Shown here piece after piece: positions 8,572 through 17,076 of a DNA stretch of 64,000 nt. Source of the DNA: Bacteroidales bacterium (GTDB taxonomy: Bacteria; Bacteroidota; Bacteroidia; Bacteroidales; VadinHA17). The DNA is taken from NCBI GenBank assembly GCA_021157415.1, contig JAGGWN010000016.1, positions 35,833-99,832 on the forward strand. Reading direction: 5' to 3'. Within the stretch, counting starts at the first letter, position 1, and the number at the start of each line of letters is the position of its first letter. Under the pieces are notes generated by a model. It was given only the letters and a program-made list of their open reading frames with translations, was not told the DNA's origin and did not search any database. The position numbers and the translations under genes are program-made.

Positions 8572-8888
8572 TTAGATTAATAGGGTTTTACTTTGATCTG
8601 ATTGTGTAATTTTCCGTAAAAACCATGATTTTTTCAGGGAAAACGCAACTGGAAGGACTAAAAAATCATCTTTAGAAAGGTTTGACTTAAGGTTAATTGT
8701 ATATTTATTAAGTTTTTGTAAATTAACAGATTTGGAAGGTGAGAGCAAAGGCGATAAAATAAAGAAATAAATATATAAAACACTTTTGGTTCCTTAAAAA
8801 ACAAGATTTTTTTGTTAAAAAAAAAAAAACCATTTATTTTGTTAAGCTTTTTTATTAATTAATAGTTATAAACCTAAAATTTTTGTCT

Positions 8889-11800
8889 ATGAAAAAACTT
8901 ACGGCTTTTTTTGTGTTTCTGGTGTTTTTAGGCTTACAGCTTGCCCAGGCACAGACGCAGACCATTTCCGGCACGGTTACCAGTGCTGATGATGGCTCTC
9001 CGTTACCCGGGGTTACAGTCGTGGTGAAGGGAAATACCCAATTCGGTACGGTTACCGATTTTAATGGGAAATATACCCTTACAGCTCCGGCTGACGCTAC
9101 GGTGCTTGAGTTTAGTTTTGTGGGTATGAAAACCCAGGAGGTGAGTATTGACGGGAGGTCAACGATTGATATTCAGATGGCTCCTGACGTGTTCGGCCTT
9201 GATGAAGTGGTGGTTTCCGGTGTTGCCTCAGGAACGCCTAAGAAGAAACTTTCTGTATCGGTTACATCCGTGGATGAGAAGACGCTGAAAGAAGTTCCCG
9301 CATCCTCTGCTGCCACGGCATTGCAGGGGAAAGTTGCCGGTTTGACCGTCGTTCAGGCTAACGGTTCACCGGGTAGCTCTGCTTCCATTCGTCTGCGTGG
9401 TTCTACCCAGTTTCATGGTAGTTCTACTCCGTTGATCATTATTGACGGTGTGCAACTCGAAGGAACACTTGCCGACATCAATGTGGATGATATTGCATCT
9501 ATGGAGGTGGTAAAAGGTGCTGCTGCATCTGCACTCTATGGTTCGCGTGCCGGGAACGGAGTGATCGTGATCACCACAAAACGCGGGAAAGGTCTCGCCA
9601 AAAATGAAACTGTTGTTACCTACCGTGGTGAGTATGGTAAATCCGATATCCCGCATTACATGGATGTTGCAACACATCACTTCTATAAACTGAAAGATGA
9701 CTGGGCAACTGAAAACCGTTATACGAAATATGCCGGAACGGTAATGTATGGTGATCTGCCATCACAAACCAATGCTGACAGTATCGGGATTCCGCTTTCC
9801 GGTTCACGGATCATTGATGACGACCATTACATGGATAACCCCTTCGGTGTGGTGCATAATCACCTTAAGGAATTCTATACCGGTGGAGATTACTATACCA
9901 ATTACATCTCTGTTCAGTCAAATCTTGAAAAAACCAATTTCATGATTTCTTACGAGAACTCGAAGCAGCAGGGTGTGATTTTTGATGTGGGTGGTTATGA
10001 CCGTCAGAACTTCAGGGTCAATATTGACCACCGTTTTTCTGATAAATTTAACTTCAGTACCAGTAACCTGATTATCTCTACCAATACGGATAACGGGAAT
10101 ATGGACTTCTTCTCCCTGATGCAGCTGCAACCAGACTGGAACCTGATGGCTAAGAACCCTGATGGTTCAGCTTACAGGCTGGTTCTGCCTTTCGGTGGAA
10201 CGACGATCAACCCACTCTATCCGGTGGCCAATACTGATAATAATTCAGAACGTTTCAGGTTGTTGTCAAGTTATAAGTTTTCTTATAATCCCACACCTTA
10301 TCTGGCTTTTGATGTACAGTACTCTTTTGAAAAACAGGATAACAATACCCAACAATATCAGGCGTATGACTATATTGATCTTGGATCATTCCCTGATCCA
10401 ACTAAGGGTTTCCTGTACAAGAGCTGGAGTAAGGAGTTTGCTCAAACCATGATGGCTACAGCAAATTTCAACAAGCAGTATGGTGACATTACCACCAAAG
10501 CCAAGGTTTCTTATCTCTTTGAAAAAGATGTCTGGGGAGGCTTTGGTACCTCAGGTAATGACTTTGCTGTTAGAAATATTCCTGATTTCTCTAATATTGA
10601 CCAGACTAAGATCAGCAACTGGTCCAATACCGGGACTACCATTGCTGAAAATATATTTGGTATTCTGGATATTGACTATAAAGCCAAATATATTGGATCT
10701 TTACTCTATCGTTATGATGGTGCTTCACAGTTTGGTGCTGACCAGCGCTGGCATCCTTATTACAGGGTATCCGGTGCATATCGTATCACGGAAGATGTTA
10801 CCATTCCGGGTTTTGATGAACTGAAAATACGTGCTGCCTACGGTACCTCAGGGAACCGTCCGCCTTGGAACGCTCAGTACGAAACCTATACGCTGAGTGC
10901 GGGCAACGTTACCAAAAATACCTTGGGGAACAAAGAACTGAAGCCTTCGAAAGTCAAAGAACTTGAATTGGGTTTGAATGCTGAATTCTTGAAAAAATTT
11001 GACTTTGAAGTTGTCTATTCAAGGACAGATGCTGAAGATCAATTCTGGGCTGTACCATTATCTGCCAGTGCTGGTTTTGTAACCCAATGGCAGAATATGG
11101 GAACGCTGAGCTCGAAAGCTTTTGAAGCGACCCTGGGTGTTCGTCTGGTTTCCACCAGCAGTATCAACTGGTCTGCCAACCTGACCTTCGACAGGGTCCG
11201 TCAGTGGGTATCCAAGTTGGATGTGCCTCCTTTCACCATGGGTGCAAGAGGAAACTCCGGTGATCCTGGTACTTACAGAATTGAAGAAGGGGAAACCTTT
11301 GGGACCCTCTATGGACAGCGATTTGTTCGCTCATTGGATGATCTGCCACCCGGAGAGGATGTTAATGACTACACGGTTAACGGTGATGGTTATGTAATTC
11401 CTAAAGGTACCGAAGGTACCATTTTTGAAAAGGTCATTGTTGACTCCGATGCTGACGGGAAACCCATTGTTCAGAAAATTGGGGATGCCAACCCGGATTT
11501 TCATGTTAATTTTGCCAACACTTTGACGGTAAAAGGATTTACCTTGTATGTATTGATTAACTGGAGACAAGGCGGTGACCTGTACAACCTTACCAACCAG
11601 TGGATGTACCGTGACAACCGTTCTGTTGACATGGATATGTATGGTGTGCCTGAAGCACAAAAGAAAACCTATGACTACTACCAGTCACTCTATAACGTGG
11701 CTTCACCTTCCTCACATTTTGTATATGACGGAACCTATGTGAAGATTCGTGAAATGTCATTGTACTATCAGATTGACAAAACTTTCTTTAACTTCTTTAA

Positions 11801-11975
11801 GCATTTGCGTATAGGGGTTCAGGCAAGAAATCTGTGGACATTTACCAACTATCCGGGATTTGATCCTGAGGTAGGTTCTACAGAAGGTTCCGGAGATGCT
11901 ACTATCCAGGCCTGGGATGAGTTTAGCTATCCGAACTTCCGTACCATTACAGGTTCTCTTGAGTTTAAATTTTAA
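8889..11975 (+). CDS. SusC/RagA-family TonB-dependent outer-membrane transporter
   Basis: ORF starts at TTG 8883; the ATG at 8889 gives MKKLTAFFVFLVFLGLQLAQAQ. CarboxypepD_reg-like ISGTVTSADDGSPLPGVTVVVKG, a plug region (ASIRLRG...PLIIIDG), and a C-terminal barrel ending ...RTITGSLEFKF. No N-terminal STN/anti-sigma signalling extension. Confidence 0.9.
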   Translation: MKKLTAFFVFLVFLGLQLAQAQTQTISGTVTSADDGSPLPGVTVVVKGNTQFGTVTDFNGKYTLTAPADATVLEFSFVGMKTQEVSIDGRSTIDIQMAPDVFGLDEVVVSGVASGTPKKKLSVSVTSVDEKTLKEVPASSAATALQGKVAGLTVVQANGSPGSSASIRLRGSTQFHGSSTPLIIIDGVQLEGTLADINVDDIASMEVVKGAAASALYGSRAGNGVIVITTKRGKGLAKNETVVTYRGEYGKSDIPHYMDVATHHFYKLKDDWATENRYTKYAGTVMYGDLPSQTNADSIGIPLSGSRIIDDDHYMDNPFGVVHNHLKEFYTGGDYYTNYISVQSNLEKTNFMISYENSKQQGVIFDVGGYDRQNFRVNIDHRFSDKFNFSTSNLIISTNTDNGNMDFFSLMQLQPDWNLMAKNPDGSAYRLVLPFGGTTINPLYPVANTDNNSERFRLLSSYKFSYNPTPYLAFDVQYSFEKQDNNTQQYQAYDYIDLGSFPDPTKGFLYKSWSKEFAQTMMATANFNKQYGDITTKAKVSYLFEKDVWGGFGTSGNDFAVRNIPDFSNIDQTKISNWSNTGTTIAENIFGILDIDYKAKYIGSLLYRYDGASQFGADQRWHPYYRVSGAYRITEDVTIPGFDELKIRAAYGTSGNRPPWNAQYETYTLSAGNVTKNTLGNKELKPSKVKELELGLNAEFLKKFDFEVVYSRTDAEDQFWAVPLSASAGFVTQWQNMGTLSSKAFEATLGVRLVSTSSINWSANLTFDRVRQWVSKLDVPPFTMGARGNSGDPGTYRIEEGETFGTLYGQRFVRSLDDLPPGEDVNDYTVNGDGYVIPKGTEGTIFEKVIVDSDADGKPIVQKIGDANPDFHVNFANTLTVKGFTLYVLINWRQGGDLYNLTNQWMYRDNRSVDMDMYGVPEAQKKTYDYYQSLYNVASPSSHFVYDGTYVKIREMSLYYQIDKTFFNFFKHLRIGVQARNLWTFTNYPGFDPEVGSTEGSGDATIQAWDEFSYPNFRTITGSLEFKF

Positions 11976-11999
11976 TTGTAAACCTTAAACTTTGAAATT

Positions 12000-13535
12000 A
12001 TGAAAAACAAATTATTAAAATTTGTATATTTGTTGGTAGTGGGGTTCGGATTGGTTACCTATAGCTGTGCCGATCTGAATGTGGAAAACCTGAATGACCC
12101 GGATACCGATGACGTACTTGCTACACCTACTGACTTGATTAAACTGGCGGGTGGTGCCTACAGGATCTGGAGTCAGGGGATCAACGAATATGATGGTCCC
12201 GGACTCGCCATGGCTACCATGGCCGACCAGCTTACTTGTTCATGGGGTAATGCTGCCATGAAAGACCTTTCCTCAGAACCACGACAGGGGTTTAACAATG
12301 ACATTACCTATTCTTATGCTCCTGTTAACCGTGTTTTCTGGAATAATATGTACTCCGCTCTTTCACAGGTTAATGATGTGTTGAAGAAAATCGATGGTGA
12401 TGGGACTAAGGTTGTAGAGAACGGACAGGATATGACCATGATGCTTCAGTCATGGTGTTATTTTATCCAGGGTCTTACACACGGGTACCTGGGGTTGGTG
12501 TTTGACCAGGCCAATATCATTGACTGGGATACCGACCTTGCCACCCTTGAGTTTCAACCTTATTCTGATGTGGTTGCAGCAGGTGTCGCTTTTCTTGACA
12601 AGGCCCTGACTACCATTGATGCTGCTCCGGATTTTACCCTGCCGAACGGGTTTATCTCAGGATATAACCTGACAAAGGCAGAATTACGCCAGCTGGTAAG
12701 CAGTTTTGAGGCACGTATTCTGGTGTCTGCACCAAGAAATGCCACTGAAAATGATGCTGTTGACTGGAGTAAGGTGCTTAGTTTAGCTCAGAACGGTATT
12801 GACTGGGACTTTGAACCTTACATGGATGATATTTCCTGGTACGACCTGATCAAGACCTATGGGGTATATCCCGGTTGGGCACGTATTGACCACAGGATCA
12901 TTAACCTGATGGATCATGATTATCCTTCAAGATGGCCGGATGACAATGTTTGGCCCAATGGTGATCCTGGTGAGGCTAATTCCGATGATGCACGTCTCAC
13001 TTCGGATTTTGAATTTCTGTCTAGTCAGGACTTTAAGCCGGACCGTGGGTATTATCACTTCTCTCATTATCGTTATCAGCGTTATGACTATTATCTCTCT
13101 GAGTGGACCACTACCGTTCCTTACTTCCTTGCCTGGGAGAATGATCTGATGATTGCTGAAGCCCTGGTGCGTGCCAATAATGATGTTGCCGGTGCCACAG
13201 CCATTCTCAACGATCCCAACGGGGCAAGAAAAGCCCGTGGTGGCCTGGCTGATGTAGCTCCAAGCAGTGTTGATGAAGCACTCGACCTGATCTTTTATGA
13301 AAGAGACGTTGAGTTGATTCTTACTACCTCTGGCGATGGATTTTTTGACATGCGCAGAAGAGACATGTTACAACGTGGTACGATCCTTCATTTTCCGGTA
13401 CCTGCTGCCGAACTTGAAATCCTCGGCCTGGACAATTATACCATTGCCGGACCTCCCGACGGAGAGAATATCTCCAACGGTCACTGGGTCGGTTATGACG
13501 GTTTGGTATCACCGATTGACTGGAATGGAAAATAA
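12000..13535 (+). CDS. SusD/RagB-family nutrient-binding lipoprotein
   Basis: Lies 24 nt after susC. Lipoprotein signal ...GLVTYSC. TPR-like helical body. Conserved C-terminal FYERDVELILT...FFDMRRRDML. Confidence 0.9.
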   Translation: MKNKLLKFVYLLVVGFGLVTYSCADLNVENLNDPDTDDVLATPTDLIKLAGGAYRIWSQGINEYDGPGLAMATMADQLTCSWGNAAMKDLSSEPRQGFNNDITYSYAPVNRVFWNNMYSALSQVNDVLKKIDGDGTKVVENGQDMTMMLQSWCYFIQGLTHGYLGLVFDQANIIDWDTDLATLEFQPYSDVVAAGVAFLDKALTTIDAAPDFTLPNGFISGYNLTKAELRQLVSSFEARILVSAPRNATENDAVDWSKVLSLAQNGIDWDFEPYMDDISWYDLIKTYGVYPGWARIDHRIINLMDHDYPSRWPDDNVWPNGDPGEANSDDARLTSDFEFLSSQDFKPDRGYYHFSHYRYQRYDYYLSEWTTTVPYFLAWENDLMIAEALVRANNDVAGATAILNDPNGARKARGGLADVAPSSVDEALDLIFYERDVELILTTSGDGFFDMRRRDMLQRGTILHFPVPAAELEILGLDNYTIAGPPDGENISNGHWVGYDGLVSPIDWNGK

Positions 13536-13592
13536 TTGCTTACTCCCTGATCCTTCGGGGAGCATACAATAAATGAGCTAATAATAAAAAAT

Positions 13593-14798
13593 ATGATAAC
13601 TATGAAGAACAAAATTTTGAATCTTTTTGGAATAGTGGCTCTGGTGGTTTTCCTCGTGTCAGGTTGTACCAAATCTGATATTGAAAAAAGCCGTGATGCC
13701 TACGACTTTAACAATGTTATCCCTTTGATCACCCATTTGTCGGCACCTTCTGCTATTCAAATCGGCAGGACGTACACCATGCAGGTGCCTCCCCGTGGAG
13801 GATCTGTTTTTACCTGGGAACTTGCCGGTGGTGATGGGAATATTGTTACGATCCCCGGTTATGAAGGGGATGAAAAATCTTTCATAAAAGGGTTGCAGTT
13901 AAACTCAGCCGATGACACCATTATCGTGCTGAAGGTGACTGAAACAACCATCGGGGGAAAATCAACTTCCCGGACGGATACGCTGGTGAAGAGCGCGGCA
14001 AAGATTACCCCTTTCACGAACCTTGACCTATCCGGGTCTCCGCTGGCACCAACGGGTTTTTCAAGGGATTATCAGGCGTTGCTGTTTAACTCCAACGATG
14101 AGAATTTCTCAACTTTCCAATGGGGAATTCTCGGCGATGGTGCTACCGTGACCCAAAATACTGATGAACCCTGGAAATGCTCGGTTGCTTTCAGTGAAAC
14201 CGGTGTCGTTACCTTGTATATGATTGAGACAAACTCTCAGGGAATGGTAGCTGATACATCCAAAATGGATATTACGATCATTGATTATTGCCCGATCACT
14301 AATTTCGGGGATTTTGCAGGTGAATATACAGGATATGATCACAATGCCTATGGTATCAATGATGATAATGTAACTTTCACTGTGAAAGTGCTGGATGCCA
14401 AAAAACGGACCGTGACGGTCTCCGATGGTTTCTGGTATGCTTTGTACGGCCCGAATTACTGGGGTGAAACCGTTACTGACGGTAACAATGCTGTCCTGAC
14501 CATCAATGTGGACGGTAGCATTTCCTTTGATAACCAGATGGCTACCCAGACCGAAGGACAATATAATTATTATATCGGTCCGAGAATGGCTCCGGCATAC
14601 TGGGTCGGTTGTGATGGCAAGATTGTGCTGGTAGTTCCTTATCAGGCATACTGGGATGACGGTTATTCCGGAGGATTCCCCTGTGAATTGTACGGAGAAA
14701 AATCCCTGGATAAAAAGAAAAGCTATACCGCACCCGCAAACGTTGTGGACGATACCTGGAACTACAAAGGTGAATTACCGCCTCTGCCCCGGAAATAA
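13593..14798 (+). CDS. Surface lipoprotein of unknown function (SusE/F-position protein)
   Basis: MITMKNKILNLFGIVALVVFLVSGC lipobox (an alternative ATG is at 13602). Occupies the position directly after SusD. No catalytic motif recognised. The C-terminal module is shared with ORF 19166..20002. Confidence 0.7.
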   Translation: MITMKNKILNLFGIVALVVFLVSGCTKSDIEKSRDAYDFNNVIPLITHLSAPSAIQIGRTYTMQVPPRGGSVFTWELAGGDGNIVTIPGYEGDEKSFIKGLQLNSADDTIIVLKVTETTIGGKSTSRTDTLVKSAAKITPFTNLDLSGSPLAPTGFSRDYQALLFNSNDENFSTFQWGILGDGATVTQNTDEPWKCSVAFSETGVVTLYMIETNSQGMVADTSKMDITIIDYCPITNFGDFAGEYTGYDHNAYGINDDNVTFTVKVLDAKKRTVTVSDGFWYALYGPNYWGETVTDGNNAVLTINVDGSISFDNQMATQTEGQYNYYIGPRMAPAYWVGCDGKIVLVVPYQAYWDDGYSGGFPCELYGEKSLDKKKSYTAPANVVDDTWNYKGELPPLPRK

Positions 14799-14813
14799 TG
14801 GGTGAACAGACTG

Positions 14814-14847
14814 AAAAAAGGAGTTGAATATTCAACTCCTTTTTTTA
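14814..14847 (+). terminator. Rho-independent (bidirectional) terminator
   Basis: aaaaaa-GGAGTTGAAT/ATTCAACTCC-ttttttt. A perfect 20-nt palindrome at 14820..14839 is flanked by an A-run and a T-run, 16 nt after the stop at 14798. Confidence 0.8.
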
Positions 14848-14938
14848 TTTTCCTTACATTTGTTGCGATTTTGCAAGACCTGCCGGATGGCAGAGTCTTT
14901 ATGAACGGATTCTATTGATTATGTGGGAATAATACGGG

Positions 14939-16993
14939 ATGAATAAAATCAAAAGAAAAAGAATTGTTCTTTTTTATATAATTTTAATTTTATTTAACGG
15001 CAACTCTTTGGATGTTACGGGCCAGACATCCGTACAGGATTATTTTCCGGATGTCAGAATCAATACATCCAATGATCCGGCGCCGGGATACTTCTTCCTG
15101 GCAGCTCCGGTATCCATGGATACCCTGCATTCTGCCTATCTTGCAACGGTAGATAATCGGGGGGTGCCTGTTTTTTTCCGGAGAATGGAATATCCCGTAC
15201 TGACACTGATGTTGCAAAAAGACGGAAGATTGACTTTCCTGTCATGGAAGACGGATTATGTCTATTTTATGAACGATCTGTTGCAACTTACCGACAGCAT
15301 AACAACGGTAGAATATGACCTGAACTCACATGATTATGCCGTTACGGAAAGCGGCCATGTTCTACTTTTGGGGATTGACAAGGAACACAAGGATATGAGT
15401 GAAGTAGTTCCCGGAGGAGACCCCAATGCTACGATCCTGGAAGGCGTTGTCCAGGAATTTGATGAAAATAAACACTTGCTTTATACCTGGAAAACTTCCG
15501 ATCATTTTGATGTAACCGATGGGAATGAGGAGTCTGTTTTTGTGGATCTTACCGCCGGGCTCGTGGATTACTGTCACTTGAATGCCATTGCCGTGGATTC
15601 CGATACCAGTTTTCTGATCTCCTCCCGTCACATGGATGAGATCACCAAAGTGGATCGTCGTACCGGTGAGATTATCTGGCGACTCGGAGGGAAACACAAT
15701 ATGTTTACATTTCTCAATGATTCACTTGGTTTTAACCATCAGCACAGCATCCGTAAACTGGGTAACGGGCATATCCTGCTGTTTGACAACGGGAACATGC
15801 ATGATCCCCCGGCATCCAGCGCCGTGGAATATGCCCTGGATGAACAAAATAGGACAGCCACCCTGATCAAACGTTTCCGGCATACCCCCGATGTGTTTTC
15901 CGTGTACATTGGATCCTCATTCCGTCTGCCGAATGGAAACACCCTGGTGGATTGGGGAAATACCGCACCGTCCCTGACCGAGTATCACCCGGACGGCACG
16001 GTGGCGGTAGAGTTTGATTTTTCAAAACACAGCTTCAGCCGACAGGTGTTTAAATATAACTGGCAGCCACGGGTCTTCACCTTATCTTCGGATACGCTGA
16101 GTTTCGGTATGTGGAGCGGCTCCGATACCTTAACCCGCCAGATTATTCTGCACAATCATTTGCCCGATTCTTTACCGATCAATGGCTATACGGGACATAA
16201 TCCCTCTTTTTTTCTGATGGATTCTCTACCGGTGACCCTGCCAGGGAACGGAGAAGTGACTTTAACCATGGGATTTTATCCGGGAGCAGCGCCATGGGGT
16301 TATCAAAAAGATGTGATGACGCTTTATTCCGATGACAGCATACGAAGAGTGGGCCGACAGATCTGGTTATTCGGGGGAAAAGAAGATCATACTGTGCCTG
16401 AGGTTACCATTATGCCTGATTCAAATAATGTTCCCCTGAATCCGCTGATCACCATTGATTTCAGTGAACCGGTGAGAAGGACGGATGATAAAGAACTGGA
16501 TTATGCCATAGTGGATACCCTGATGATTTTCAGGGAAAACGGACCTACCGGACCGGATGTGCCGTTTAATGCCACCGTCAATACGGAAAAAGATCATATC
16601 CTGATGGTTCCCCGCCAGATGCTGAAGAGTGACCAAACTTATTATATCTCTTATAAGAACGAACTGGAAGATTATATGGATAATGCGGTTCCGGTGAAAG
16701 AAGTTTACTTTACTACTAAAATAATCATGACTGTAAAGAATAACCGGGCATTGGGCAACCTCACGGTTTTTCCGAATCCGGCCGGAAGGACCGTGACGAT
16801 ACGTACATCTGTTGATGAGGCCTGGAAAGTACAGATATACTCAATACTTGGGACATTGATGATGGAAAAAGACCCGGTAATGGTTCCTGAAACCGTTCTT
16901 GATTTACATGAATTTCATCGTGGTGTTTACATTGTCGTAATTACATCAAAAGAAGGGAAGATAAAAAAACTGAAACTAATCATTGACGAATGA
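14939..16993 (+). CDS. Arylsulfotransferase (ASST)-family beta-propeller protein + Ig-like (SbsA/Big_5-like) domain + T9SS type-A C-terminal sorting domain
   Basis: 684 aa with a signal peptide. ASST-type histidine motifs: NSHDYAV, DYCHLNAI, SSRHMDEITKVDRRTGEIIWRLGG, FNHQHSIRKLGNGHILLFDNGN. Ig-like region PEVTIMPDSNNVPLNPLITIDFSEPV. C-terminal domain LTVFPNPAGRTVTIRT...GVYIVVITSKEGKIKKLKLIIDE. Confidence 0.75.
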   Translation: MNKIKRKRIVLFYIILILFNGNSLDVTGQTSVQDYFPDVRINTSNDPAPGYFFLAAPVSMDTLHSAYLATVDNRGVPVFFRRMEYPVLTLMLQKDGRLTFLSWKTDYVYFMNDLLQLTDSITTVEYDLNSHDYAVTESGHVLLLGIDKEHKDMSEVVPGGDPNATILEGVVQEFDENKHLLYTWKTSDHFDVTDGNEESVFVDLTAGLVDYCHLNAIAVDSDTSFLISSRHMDEITKVDRRTGEIIWRLGGKHNMFTFLNDSLGFNHQHSIRKLGNGHILLFDNGNMHDPPASSAVEYALDEQNRTATLIKRFRHTPDVFSVYIGSSFRLPNGNTLVDWGNTAPSLTEYHPDGTVAVEFDFSKHSFSRQVFKYNWQPRVFTLSSDTLSFGMWSGSDTLTRQIILHNHLPDSLPINGYTGHNPSFFLMDSLPVTLPGNGEVTLTMGFYPGAAPWGYQKDVMTLYSDDSIRRVGRQIWLFGGKEDHTVPEVTIMPDSNNVPLNPLITIDFSEPVRRTDDKELDYAIVDTLMIFRENGPTGPDVPFNATVNTEKDHILMVPRQMLKSDQTYYISYKNELEDYMDNAVPVKEVYFTTKIIMTVKNNRALGNLTVFPNPAGRTVTIRTSVDEAWKVQIYSILGTLMMEKDPVMVPETVLDLHEFHRGVYIVVITSKEGKIKKLKLIIDE

Positions 16994-17076
16994 ATAATAT
17001 GCTTTTATTAGCGGGTATATGGATTAGGTTGCACTAAAAAATAATTGAAAATCCCTATCTTACACCTCTAAAATCT

